Source: Candidatus Marinacidobacterium sp. (lineage in GTDB: Bacteria > Acidobacteriota > Vicinamibacteria > Marinacidobacterales > Marinacidobacteraceae). From it: a stretch of 64,000 nucleotides of DNA. Below, in pieces: positions 9,159 through 18,436 of this stretch. The translations under genes were made by a program, and so were the position numbers. The stretch covers positions 1,760,001 to 1,824,000 of the forward strand of contig OZ242011.1 of the NCBI GenBank assembly GCA_965204755.1. The letters run 5' to 3'. The notes under the pieces are model-generated. The model made no database searches and was not told the DNA's origin. It saw nothing but the letters and a program-made list of their open reading frames with translations. Numbering within the stretch: position 1 is the stretch's first letter; each line of letters begins with the position of its first letter.

Positions 9159-11065
9159 ACCGCGGCCGGCGCGGTCTCCCGCTCCCGTTCGGCGGGCGAT
9201 TCCGCGGGCGCGGCGTAGGGGTTCGCCGCCCGGTCCTTCAGCAGGGTCTCGAAGCCGCCGGCGAGGAACCGCTGGGCCAGGTCGTAGGTCTCGCGGTCGG
9301 TGTTCCGGCGGAGCCCCCGGCGGAGCGCGGCGATCCGGAGGCGGGAGCGGTCGCAGAAGTCCTCGGCGAGGCCGCGCAGTTCGGCCTCCGGCGAACCGGC
9401 GGCGATGAGCGCCTCGGCGCGGACGACCGCCGCCACCTGGGCGTAGAGGTCGGCGCCGATGTCCACGAACCGCCCGAGCAGGACCTGGCGCTTCTCGAGT
9501 CCCGGCCCGTAGCGGAGCATCGCGTGGAAGAGGGCGCGGGCGAGCCGCCGGCTGTCCCGCGCCGCATGGCGGAGGCGCCGCCGCGCCCAGGCCGCGCCTC
9601 CGGGGGGCGCGGCCGCCGGTAGCCACTGCTTCCAGTACCAAGGGACATAGAAACCCGCGGCGCGGACCGCGGCGCCCAGCCGCCGGCCGAACGGCAGCGA
9701 CGGGTTCAGCACCGCGCCGGCGCGGCGGAGGTGCGGGTCGAGCACCTCGCGGGAGAGGAACAGCCGCAGGATCTCGCTCGAGCCTTCGAAGATCGTGTTG
9801 ATGCGGTTGTCGCGGAGCGTGCGCTCCGCCGGGAACGGGCGCTCGCCGCGCGCCGCCAGCGAGTCCGCGGTCTCGTAGCCCCGGCCGCCGAGCACCTGCA
9901 CGGTCTCGTCGGCGATCCGCCAGGCCGCTTCGCTGGCGTACATCTTGGAGATCGCCGCTTCGATGCGGATGTCCGCGCTCCCGCCGTCCACGAGGAGCGA
10001 GGTCAGGTCGGACATCGCTTCCATCGCGAAGGTGTCCGCCGCCATCCGGCCGATCTTGTCGGCGATCGCCGCGTGCTCGCCGATCGGCGAGCCCCACTGC
10101 ACCCGCTCCCGGGCCCAGGTCCGGGCGATGTAGAGCGACCGCTTGGCCGTTCCCAGGCAGATCCCCGGAAGCGTCAGCCGGCCGGTGTTCAGGGTGGTGA
10201 GCGCCACGCGGAGCCCGGCGCCCTCCGGGCCGAGCACATTCGCCCGGGGGATCCGGACATCGGTGAACCGGATCACGCCGTTGTAGAGCGCCCGGAGCCC
10301 CATGAACCGGCACCGGCGGACGACCTCCACGCCGGGCCAGCGGGTGTCCACGATGAAGGTGGTGATGCCCTCCCGGCCTCCCGGCTTCGTCGCCGGCGTC
10401 CGGGCCATCACCACCAGCCAGCGGGCCTTCGTGCCGTTCGTGCACCAGAGTTTCTCGCCGTTCAGGACGAAGTGCCCGCCGTCCGGCGCGGGTTCGGCGC
10501 GCGCCTTCATCCGGGCGGCGTCGGAGCCGACCGAGGTCTCGGTGAGCGCGAACGCGGAGATGTCCCCGGCGGCGACCCGGGGCAGGTACTCGCGCTTCTG
10601 CTCGTCGGTGCCGAACATCAGCACCGGCTGCGCGATGCCGATGGACTGGTGGGCCGAAAGGAGCGAGGCGAGGCTGCCGCAGTGGCTTCCCACGACGGTG
10701 GCGGCCCGGGTGTAGGTACGCTGCGAGAGGCCGAGGCCGCCGTATTCCTTGGGGATCTTGATGCCGAACGCGCCGAGTTCGACGAGGCCGGCCATCACTT
10801 CGTCGGGGATCTCGCCGGTCCGGTCGATCTCGTCGGCGTCCACCCGGTCGAGCAGGAAGGACTCCAGCCGCCCGAGGAACGCCTCGCCTTCCGGTTCGAC
10901 GCCGGGCTCGGGGTAGGGCCGCACCAGGTCGGCGGCGAGTTCGCCGAGGAACAGCCGGCCGGCGAAGGTCGGGTACCGCCAGACCGTCTCCCGCGCCGAC
11001 TCGGCGAGTTCGAAGGCCGCCCGCTTCCCGGCGGTCATCCGCGAGGTGTCGAGCGGTTGGGACAT
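9155..11065 (-). CDS. Long-chain acyl-CoA dehydrogenase (VLCAD/ACAD9-like)
   Basis: AFALTETSVGSDA, LNGEKLWCTNG, LGGRGYE, INTIFEGSSEI, C-terminal extension. Confidence 0.92.
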   Translation of the reverse strand: MSQPLDTSRMTAGKRAAFELAESARETVWRYPTFAGRLFLGELAADLVRPYPEPGVEPEGEAFLGRLESFLLDRVDADEIDRTGEIPDEVMAGLVELGAFGIKIPKEYGGLGLSQRTYTRAATVVGSHCGSLASLLSAHQSIGIAQPVLMFGTDEQKREYLPRVAAGDISAFALTETSVGSDAARMKARAEPAPDGGHFVLNGEKLWCTNGTKARWLVVMARTPATKPGGREGITTFIVDTRWPGVEVVRRCRFMGLRALYNGVIRFTDVRIPRANVLGPEGAGLRVALTTLNTGRLTLPGICLGTAKRSLYIARTWARERVQWGSPIGEHAAIADKIGRMAADTFAMEAMSDLTSLLVDGGSADIRIEAAISKMYASEAAWRIADETVQVLGGRGYETADSLAARGERPFPAERTLRDNRINTIFEGSSEILRLFLSREVLDPHLRRAGAVLNPSLPFGRRLGAAVRAAGFYVPWYWKQWLPAAAPPGGAAWARRRLRHAARDSRRLARALFHAMLRYGPGLEKRQVLLGRFVDIGADLYAQVAAVVRAEALIAAGSPEAELRGLAEDFCDRSRLRIAALRRGLRRNTDRETYDLAQRFLAGGFETLLKDRAANPYAAPAESPAERERETAPAAV

Positions 11066-11110
11066 CGGGTCGGAGGGTCGGCGGTCGGCGGCGGCGGCGA
11101 ATTCCCGATT

Positions 11111-11944
11111 CTACGCGGGGGGCGGCGGACCGCCGGGGTCTGCCGCGCGCCCGGCGAAGGTGTCCATCGCCGCGTGGATGCCGAAGAACGCGGCGATCGG
11201 GTCGAGCCAGCCGGCGGGGAGCAGGCGGAGCAGTCTCAGGGAGTGGACGAACCGGGGGCGGATCACCAGGGCGCGGTCGCGCTCGACGGCGCGGAGCGCC
11301 GCTTCGGCCACCGTCTCCGGTTCCAGGATCGGGAGCAGCCGGGGGAACCGGGTGCGGACGCCGGCGAACATCCCGGTGTTCACGAAGAAAGGGCAGACCA
11401 GGGTGGCGCCGACTCCGGGGGCCTCGCGGCGGAGTTCGGCGCGGAGCGACTCGTGGAACCCGACGGCGGCGAACTTGGAGGCGCAGTAGTCCGAGAGGCC
11501 GGGGACGCCGACGAGTCCGCCGGCCGAGGCCATGGTGACGATGCGGCCCCGGCCCCGGCGGATCATCGAGGGCAGGAAGGCGCGGGTCGTCCAGAAGAGC
11601 GAGGCGGCGTTGACCGCGAGCGTCCGCTCCACTTCCCCGGGGGAAAGGTCGGAGAAACGCTTGCCGGAGACCACCCCGGCGTTGTTCACCAGGATGTCCA
11701 CCGGCCCGCGCTCCGAGACCAGGCGCGCGGCGGCGGCGTCCACCGCTCCCCGGTCCGCCACATCCACCGCCTGGCCGACGACGGGTTCCGCGCCGGCGAC
11801 TTCGGCTTCCGCCGCGCGAAGGGCCTCCGCATCCCGATCCCAGAGGACGACCGACGCCCCTCGGGCGGCCGCGCCCTTCGCGATGGCGAGCCCCATCCCC
11901 CGGGCGCCGCCGGTGACCAGGATCCGGCTTCCGCGCAGGTTCAT
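11111..11944 (-). CDS. Short-chain dehydrogenase/reductase
   Basis: TGGARGMG, NNAG, YCASK. Confidence 0.9.
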   Translation of the reverse strand: MNLRGSRILVTGGARGMGLAIAKGAAARGASVVLWDRDAEALRAAEAEVAGAEPVVGQAVDVADRGAVDAAAARLVSERGPVDILVNNAGVVSGKRFSDLSPGEVERTLAVNAASLFWTTRAFLPSMIRRGRGRIVTMASAGGLVGVPGLSDYCASKFAAVGFHESLRAELRREAPGVGATLVCPFFVNTGMFAGVRTRFPRLLPILEPETVAEAALRAVERDRALVIRPRFVHSLRLLRLLPAGWLDPIAAFFGIHAAMDTFAGRAADPGGPPPPA

Positions 11945-13392
11945 CGGCCGGCGGCCCCCTTCGGAGGGGCGAAGTAGGGGGCGAGCGCCGTTTCCGGCGG
12001 TTTCGGCGTCAGCAGGCTCACGACGACCCCGAGCAGGAGGGACACGACGACGCCGGGCGCGACCGGATGGACCTGCTCCGGCCCGAACCCCGGCCAGGGG
12101 AAGAGGTCCGCCTGCCACAGGAACACCGCGGCGACGCCGCCCAGCATGGCGGCGAGCGCTCCTTCGCGGGTCAACCGGCGCCAGAGGACGCCGACGACGA
12201 CCGGGACGAAGAAGGCGCTCGCCATGATCGCCGTGAAGAGCAGCACGATGAACTGGACGAGTTCCCCTTCGCCGACGCCGCTCAGGATGAGCGCCAGCGG
12301 CGCCGAGCCGACGAGCAGGATGCCGAAGCGGGCGGCGCGAAGGCGGGCGGCCGCGCCCATCCCCGGCCGGAACACGCCCAGCAGGTCGTGGGAGAGGGCG
12401 GAGCCGGCGACGAGGAGCAGCGAGTCCACCGTGGACATGATCGCGGAGACGATGGCGGCGAGCAGGATCGTCCCCAGCACCGGAGGGAGGGCGTAGGACG
12501 CCATGATCGGCATCGCCCGGTCGGAACTCGGCAGGATCGGGAAGAGGCCCACCGACGCCAGCGCCACGAGGAAGACCAGCAGGTTCACGCCGGTGGCGAC
12601 CGCCATGGCGAGCAGCAGCCCCCGGCGGATGGAGCGCTGGTCGCGCATCGCGTAGAGCCGGACCAGTTTCTCGGGCGTGGCCACCCCGCCGAGCAGGAAC
12701 GAGATGCCCATGGTGAACAGCAGGAGCGCCGGGACCGAACCGAAAGCGAAGGTCTCCGGGCGGAGGGCTTCGGCGGCGGCGAAGAGCGGGCCCGGCCCGT
12801 CCAGCAGCCGGAACGCCCACGGCGCGGCGAGCAGCGCGCCGACCACCATGACCGCGAGTTGGGCCAGGTCGGTGTACACCACGGCGACCATCCCGCCGAC
12901 GGCGGTGTAGGCGAGCAGGATCAGGGTGAACGCCGCCATCCCGGCGGTCGGGGAGATGCCGAAGACGGTCTCCGCGATCAGCCCGCCGGCCAGGACCTGG
13001 GCCTGGATGTACACCGTGGTGGCGACCAGGATCACGCCGGCGCCGACCGCCCGGGCGCGGCGGCTCGCGTAGCGGCGCTCGAGGAACGCAGGCAGGGTGA
13101 GTTCGCGGGTCCGGGCGAACCGGGGAGCGAGCACCGCCGCCATGAACCAGTAACTCAGCGGGATGAACAGGACGAGCCAGGTGAACTCCCAGCCCACCGA
13201 GTGGATGACCCCGACCGTGCCGATGTAGGTGCCGGCGCTGGCGTGGGTGGCGGCCAGCGTGGCGCCGCCGAGGAACCAGCCGAGCCGGCCGCCGGCGATC
13301 CAGTAGTCGCCCTCGCCGGCGGTGCGGCGGAGCGCCGCCGCCCCGATGGCGAAGATCGCCGCCAGGTAGGCGCCGAAGACGAGGGCGGTCAC
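11941..13392 (-). CDS. Sodium:solute symporter (SSS/PutP-PanF family)
   Basis: ~13 TM segments; YWIAGG, YTAVGGMVAVVYTD, SAIMSTVDS. Confidence 0.92.
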   Translation of the reverse strand: MTALVFGAYLAAIFAIGAAALRRTAGEGDYWIAGGRLGWFLGGATLAATHASAGTYIGTVGVIHSVGWEFTWLVLFIPLSYWFMAAVLAPRFARTRELTLPAFLERRYASRRARAVGAGVILVATTVYIQAQVLAGGLIAETVFGISPTAGMAAFTLILLAYTAVGGMVAVVYTDLAQLAVMVVGALLAAPWAFRLLDGPGPLFAAAEALRPETFAFGSVPALLLFTMGISFLLGGVATPEKLVRLYAMRDQRSIRRGLLLAMAVATGVNLLVFLVALASVGLFPILPSSDRAMPIMASYALPPVLGTILLAAIVSAIMSTVDSLLLVAGSALSHDLLGVFRPGMGAAARLRAARFGILLVGSAPLALILSGVGEGELVQFIVLLFTAIMASAFFVPVVVGVLWRRLTREGALAAMLGGVAAVFLWQADLFPWPGFGPEQVHPVAPGVVVSLLLGVVVSLLTPKPPETALAPYFAPPKGAAGR

Positions 13393-13511
13393 TCCGGGCG
13401 CCTCGATTCGCCTCGGTCTTCGCGGCGTTCCGCCCGGCGCATCCAGACGGCGTACGCCAGGAGGAGGACGAAGTAGGAGGCGAAGAGGCCCCAGAAGGAG
13501 AAGCGGGTCAC
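13389..13511 (-). CDS. 40-aa single-TM protein, likely SSS accessory subunit
   Basis: Manual translation MTRFSFWGLFASYFVLLLAYAVWMRRAERREDRGESRRPE; GTGA overlaps with both neighbours. Confidence 0.75.
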   Translation of the reverse strand: MTRFSFWGLFASYFVLLLAYAVWMRRAERREDRGESRRPE

Positions 13512-14014
13512 GACGCCTCCCCGGAGGGGCGGCGGAACAGCCGGAACGCGCCCAGGCCGCCGAGTCCCAGCAGGATCAGGAGCGCCGCGCCGTCCACCAG
13601 CGCCGCCGCGCCGATCGCGGAGGCGTCCTCCGGAACCACCCGGAAGCGGACCAGCGACGGCGGGGCCGGCGTCGCGATCCGCGTCACGCCGTCCGGGGAG
13701 TCGCCGCGGGGCGCGGGGAAGACCTCCGCCAGCCGGAACCCCGGCGGCGGAGTGATCTCGGCGCTGAACCGGAGGGCGGCCGGATCCGCGGGCGCCGTCG
13801 TCGGCAGGGGAACCGGGATCCGCACGAAGCCGCCGCGCGGCGGCAGGGATCCGGTCCGGAACCGCCGGGCGCCGTCGGCTTCGGCTTCGGGGAGCGGGAT
13901 CCGTTCGGCGCGGAACCCGTCCCCGGCGGACGCGAGCCGATGGAACTCCGGGGGCGGTTCGCCGTCCGGGAGGCGCACCAGCGTGACGGCGTCGGCGCGG
14001 TCGGGGACGCTCAT
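13508..14014 (-). CDS. Hypothetical protein with C-terminal TM anchor; true start may be ~14125
   Basis: 168-aa ORF in operon; in-frame upstream signal-peptide-like stretch. Confidence 0.65.
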   Translation of the reverse strand: MSVPDRADAVTLVRLPDGEPPPEFHRLASAGDGFRAERIPLPEAEADGARRFRTGSLPPRGGFVRIPVPLPTTAPADPAALRFSAEITPPPGFRLAEVFPAPRGDSPDGVTRIATPAPPSLVRFRVVPEDASAIGAAALVDGAALLILLGLGGLGAFRLFRRPSGEAS

Positions 14015-14126
14015 CCGCGCGGTCAGGGCGAAACCCGCGGCGGGCGCCGCTTCCTGCCCGCCGGCAGCCGCGGCCAGCAGCGCGAACGCCGCGCCGGGCA
14101 GGGGCCCGGTCTTCGCTACGCCCAGA

Positions 14127-15338
14127 CTACGCCCAGACTTCGCCCAGCACGCGAAGGGCGTTTTCGCCCATGACCTTGCCGATGTCCTCGTCGGAGTACC
14201 GGTGCTTCACCAGCCACCGGAGGATGTTCTTCGACCCCTCCACCGGGTTCTCGATCCCGGCCACATAGGGGACGCGCTCGAACGAGGGCGCGTCCGGACG
14301 CGCCGCCGCCTTCGCGATGGAGAGCGCGTCGGCGTACACCCCGTGGAGCCCCGCGTGGTCGCCGAAGACCGTGTCCGGCCCGAAGCCCACATGATCCACC
14401 CCGACCAGATCCTTCACGAACTCGAAGTGCTCCATGAAGGACTCGAGGCCGTGCCGGGGATGGCGTTCGGTGAGCGTGGTGTGCGGCGCGGCCTCGATGC
14501 CGATGATCCCGCCCTTGTCGGCGCAGGCCTTCAGCACTTCGTCCGGGGCCATCCGCCGGGTGTTCCAGAGCGAGCGGGCGCCGATGTGGGTGATGGAGAC
14601 CGGGCGGTCGCTGGCCTCGATCACCTCGAGCGTCGTCCGGTCGCCGCAGTGCGCGGTGTCTATCAGCATCCCCACCCGGTTCATGCGCTCGACCACCTGC
14701 CGCCCGAACGCGGTCAGGCCGCCGTCGTTCGCCTCCTTGAGGCCGCTTCCCAGCGCGTTCGATTCGCTGTAGGTGATCCCCATCTCGCGCACGCCGAATC
14801 CGTAGAGCGCCTCCACCCGGTCGAGTTCGTTCTCGATCGGGGCCGCCCCTTCGATGGCGGCCACCCAGGCGATCCGCCCCTCCGCGTGCGCGGAGCGGAT
14901 GTCGGCCACCGAACGGCAGTGGACCAGGAAGTCCTGGTGGGCGAGGTCGGCGAGCCGCATCCCGAGGTCGTGGAGCACCTCGTTCCACTTCCAGCCGCTC
15001 CGCGACTCGATCCGGCAGATGCCGTCGAGCAGGTTGTCGAAGACGCAGTCCCAGTCGGATTCGGCGAGGGCGGCGAACGGCGTGAACACCCGCCCGTCGC
15101 GGACATAGTCCGGCGTCTCGGCGATGTCCAGCGGGAAGGCGCCCAGGTGCTCGTGGAGCGAAACCAGAACCAGGTCCCGGGCGAGCCGCCCGGCCCGGGC
15201 CTCTTCCTCCGGCGAGAGCGGAACCGGGTGCGCCGGGAACAGGTCGGCGGTGTCCGCGAGTTCCCGCTCCCGGTAGTCCTCGCCGGCGCGGAGGTAGCCG
15301 AACGAGCGGTAGTCGGTGCCGATCTTGTTCCGTCCCAC
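14127..15338 (-). CDS. Membrane dipeptidase family (peptidase M19)
   Basis: SLHEH, AIEGA, ITYSESNALGSG, GLTAFGRQVVERMNRVGMLIDTAH, DHVGFGPD. Confidence 0.9.
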   Translation of the reverse strand: MGRNKIGTDYRSFGYLRAGEDYRERELADTADLFPAHPVPLSPEEEARAGRLARDLVLVSLHEHLGAFPLDIAETPDYVRDGRVFTPFAALAESDWDCVFDNLLDGICRIESRSGWKWNEVLHDLGMRLADLAHQDFLVHCRSVADIRSAHAEGRIAWVAAIEGAAPIENELDRVEALYGFGVREMGITYSESNALGSGLKEANDGGLTAFGRQVVERMNRVGMLIDTAHCGDRTTLEVIEASDRPVSITHIGARSLWNTRRMAPDEVLKACADKGGIIGIEAAPHTTLTERHPRHGLESFMEHFEFVKDLVGVDHVGFGPDTVFGDHAGLHGVYADALSIAKAAARPDAPSFERVPYVAGIENPVEGSKNILRWLVKHRYSDEDIGKVMGENALRVLGEVWA

Positions 15339-15454
15339 GGGCGCCTCCTGTCCGGGCGGGGAGTCTTCGGGAGCGGGGACGATGCTACCGCCGACCGCTG
15401 ATACGGTTTTCCGCCCCTCTTCCCGCCCCTTTCGTCCCGACCTCGGAGCGCCCG

Positions 15455-16912
15455 ATGCTGCACCTCCCGAACCTCCCCGAATCCCGCCGCGGCGCGCTCA
15501 TCCCCCTCTTGGCGCTCGCCCTGCTCGGGGCGCCGGCGGCCGAAGCGCAGGACGCGAGCGACTACGGCAGCCGGGGCAACCTGGAGGCCAACGCCACCGA
15601 CGAGGAGCGCGAGGCGATGGAGACCCTCTACCGCCGCTTCGTCCCGTTCATCGACCGGGCGCGGACCGAGTTGACCATGGTGCGGGAGACGATCGCCTAC
15701 GCGGAAGCGCGCGGCTTCCGGGAGTGGGATCCGCAGATTCGCGAAGTGAACCCGGGAGACCGCTTCTACGCGGTGAACCGGGGCCGCACGATGGTGCTTT
15801 GGGTGGTCGGCAGCGAGCCGCTGTCGTCCGGGATGCGGCTGGTGAACAGCCACACCGATTCCATCCGGCTGGAGATGAAACCCCACGCGCTCACCCGGAA
15901 GACCGGCGCCGCCGCCTTCGACACCCTGGTCCACGGCGGCCTCAAGGCCTACCAGTGGGTGAATGTGCCGCTCGGGCTCACCGGCCGGGTGGACCGGAAG
16001 GACGGCTCCACCGTCTGGATCGAGTACGGCTTCGACGAGTCCGACCCGGTGCTGCTCATTCCGGACCTGGCGCCCCATGTGGATCGGGACTACCGCAGCC
16101 GGACGCGCGCCGACGCCATCGAACGCGAGGAGTTGGACCCGCTGGTGACTTCGGCGCCGACCGGCGGCGAGGACGGACTCGACCCGCTGGAGCGGGCGGC
16201 CGCGCTCATCCGGAGCGAGTTCGGCATCGAACCGGAGGACTGGGTGAGCAGCGATGTCCAGATCGTCCCGGTAACGAAGCCGCGCGAAGTGGGGCTGGAC
16301 CGGGCGCTCTTCGCCGCCTACGGTTTGGACGACCGCCTCACCGCGGTGGTCAACCTGTTCGCTCTCGAGGAGATGGAGACGCCGACCCATACCGGGATGG
16401 CGTACCTGGTCACCGACGAGGAGGTGGGGAACGGCTCGAACATCAGCGTCGGCTCCGAGTGGTTCCGCCGGATCGTGGCCGAGATGATCCGCGCCGAGAA
16501 GGGGACGGTGAGCGAACTGGATGTGATGGAGTGCTTTTCGGCGACGGACATGATCACCGCGGACACCACGACGGCGACGAACCCGCTCTGGCCGGCGCCG
16601 CAGGCGCCGGGCAACGCCTCGCTGCTCCACCACGGGCTGGTCATCAAGTTGTACGGCGCCGGGCGGAGCGCGAACAGCGAGTTCGTGGCGCATCTCCGCC
16701 GCCTGCTCGACGACGACCGGATCGCCTGGCAGAGCCACACCTACAAGGCCGGCTACGGCGGCGGCACGATCGCCCGCTATTTCAACCAGATGAACATGGA
16801 AGTCACCGACTGGGGAGTCGGCATCCTCTCGATGCACAGCACCTACGATGTGGCCTCGAAGGCCGACCTCTGGGCGCTCTACCGAGGCTTCCTGGCGTTC
16901 TTCCGGAGTTGA
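15455..16912 (+). CDS. M18 family aminopeptidase with signal peptide
   Basis: SHTDS, GLDDR, DEEVG, AD, GGTI, SMHS motifs; LLALALLGAPAAEA|Q. Confidence 0.88.
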   Translation: MLHLPNLPESRRGALIPLLALALLGAPAAEAQDASDYGSRGNLEANATDEEREAMETLYRRFVPFIDRARTELTMVRETIAYAEARGFREWDPQIREVNPGDRFYAVNRGRTMVLWVVGSEPLSSGMRLVNSHTDSIRLEMKPHALTRKTGAAAFDTLVHGGLKAYQWVNVPLGLTGRVDRKDGSTVWIEYGFDESDPVLLIPDLAPHVDRDYRSRTRADAIEREELDPLVTSAPTGGEDGLDPLERAAALIRSEFGIEPEDWVSSDVQIVPVTKPREVGLDRALFAAYGLDDRLTAVVNLFALEEMETPTHTGMAYLVTDEEVGNGSNISVGSEWFRRIVAEMIRAEKGTVSELDVMECFSATDMITADTTTATNPLWPAPQAPGNASLLHHGLVIKLYGAGRSANSEFVAHLRRLLDDDRIAWQSHTYKAGYGGGTIARYFNQMNMEVTDWGVGILSMHSTYDVASKADLWALYRGFLAFFRS

Positions 16913-17137
16913 GTTCCCGCGGGCAGGACGCTGCCGGCCGCCCGTAGCGCTCTCCCCGAGGAGCGCCGACGCTGCCGCGCCGGGGAACCGGCCCCGCTCC
17001 ATAGGCATCGGGCGCTGCGCCGCATCGACCGGCCGGCGCCCCCCGACATCTTTTGTCGCATCGGGCGATTACCTTGACCGGCGTGAACGAGCGGCCTCCT
17101 TCGCCGAGGGCGGCCGATCCGCGCCGAGGAGGCAGCC

Positions 17138-17329
17138 ATGCGCCAGTTCCATGAGTTCTTCGCCGGGGGCGGCATGGCCCGACTCGGGCTCGGTTCCGGC
17201 TGGAAGTGCTGTTTCGCCAACGACTTCGACGAGGGCAAGTGCCGGTCCTACGCGGACAACCGGGGCGATGCGGTGGTGGACGCCCCGGGGCGCGCCTCCG
17301 AACGCGCCGCGCAGGGGACGCCTTCGTGA
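17138..17329 (+). pseudogene. Truncated DNA cytosine-C5 methyltransferase (motif I region only)
   Basis: GAGGAGG RBS; MRQFHEFFAGGGMARLGLG..W.C.FANDFD; stops at 63 aa with no PC catalytic motif. Confidence 0.8.
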
Positions 17330-18264
17330 ATCCACGGCTTCGCAACCGGCTCCGCGGCTATCCCCCGGGGAAGGGCGGTCTCGGCAGAGGCACCCTCTGC
17401 GTCGCCCTCGTGGTCACCGATCGTGCGCGGCGACTGGGGTTGCCCCTCGATCCACGAGCACTCGTCACCGAAGGTGGGGGACAGGTCCGAGGCTTGGGCA
17501 GAAGCGCGGTCCAGAGCATTCTCCGGAGAAACGGGGTCAACGAGGTTCTTGCTCGCGAGGGAGGCCGAACGAACCAGAAGAGCGTTTCCCACATGAAGAG
17601 TTATGTCGCTCTCCTGAACGAACTGCACGAGGACGGCCTGGCGGACCTGGACGCAATCGAGAGACATTGGATCCGGGAAGTCCGACGCTGTCCCGCCGGA
17701 ACGCCGTTTCGCCTGTCTCGAGACCCGAACCAGAGTCTGCGCAGCGTCCTGTCCAACCTGTTCGAACAAGCGTTCCGGCGGCGGCGGTCCGCCGAGGAGC
17801 GCGCCCACGCCGGCGCTCTGCTCCAGCATCTGGTCGGCGCCGAACTCGCCTGCACCCTGCGCCCCGAGGTCGTTCGACATCACCCCTACGCGACTGCCGA
17901 TACCGGAACCGGACGCGCGGGCGACTTCGTCATCGGCGACACGGCCTTCCATGTAACGGCGGCGCCGTCCGAAGCCGTGATCGAGAGATGCCGGGACAAT
18001 TTGGAGACGGCGTTGCGTCCGGTCCTCATCACATTCGAGAACAAGACGCCCACAGCGTTCGCCCTTGCCGAGAACGCGGGAATCGAGGCTCGCATCGACA
18101 TCTTCGACATCGAACGGTTCCTCGCGTTGAACATCCTCGAACGGGGCCGCTTTCGATCCGAGGGCCGCCAAGCCGCCCTCGACGACCTCGTCGACGAGTA
18201 CAACCGGATCGTCGAAGAGAACGAAACCGACCGCAGTCTGAGGATCCATTGTTCCGCCCGATGA
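17326..18264 (+). CDS. DUF4928-like protein (putative restriction endonuclease)
   Basis: LCVALVVT, GGGQVRGLG, EGGRT, GALLQHLVGAEL, AD...RAGDF.IGDTAFHVT recalled as DUF4928; GTGA overlap with MTase remnant; more AT-rich codons. Confidence 0.75.
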   Translation: MNPRLRNRLRGYPPGKGGLGRGTLCVALVVTDRARRLGLPLDPRALVTEGGGQVRGLGRSAVQSILRRNGVNEVLAREGGRTNQKSVSHMKSYVALLNELHEDGLADLDAIERHWIREVRRCPAGTPFRLSRDPNQSLRSVLSNLFEQAFRRRRSAEERAHAGALLQHLVGAELACTLRPEVVRHHPYATADTGTGRAGDFVIGDTAFHVTAAPSEAVIERCRDNLETALRPVLITFENKTPTAFALAENAGIEARIDIFDIERFLALNILERGRFRSEGRQAALDDLVDEYNRIVEENETDRSLRIHCSAR

Positions 18265-18436
18265 GCCCTCCGATCTCCGCCGGAGCACGATGCGGGCGGT
18301 CGAGAAGCGCGACACCGCGGCCGAAATGACCGCGCGAAACATCGCGACCGCGGAAGACCGCCACCGGGAGCCGTTTCCCGTAGCGGCCGTTTCTCAGTGG
18401 GGAGCGCCTACACGGCCCCCCAGTCCCGGGGGACGC

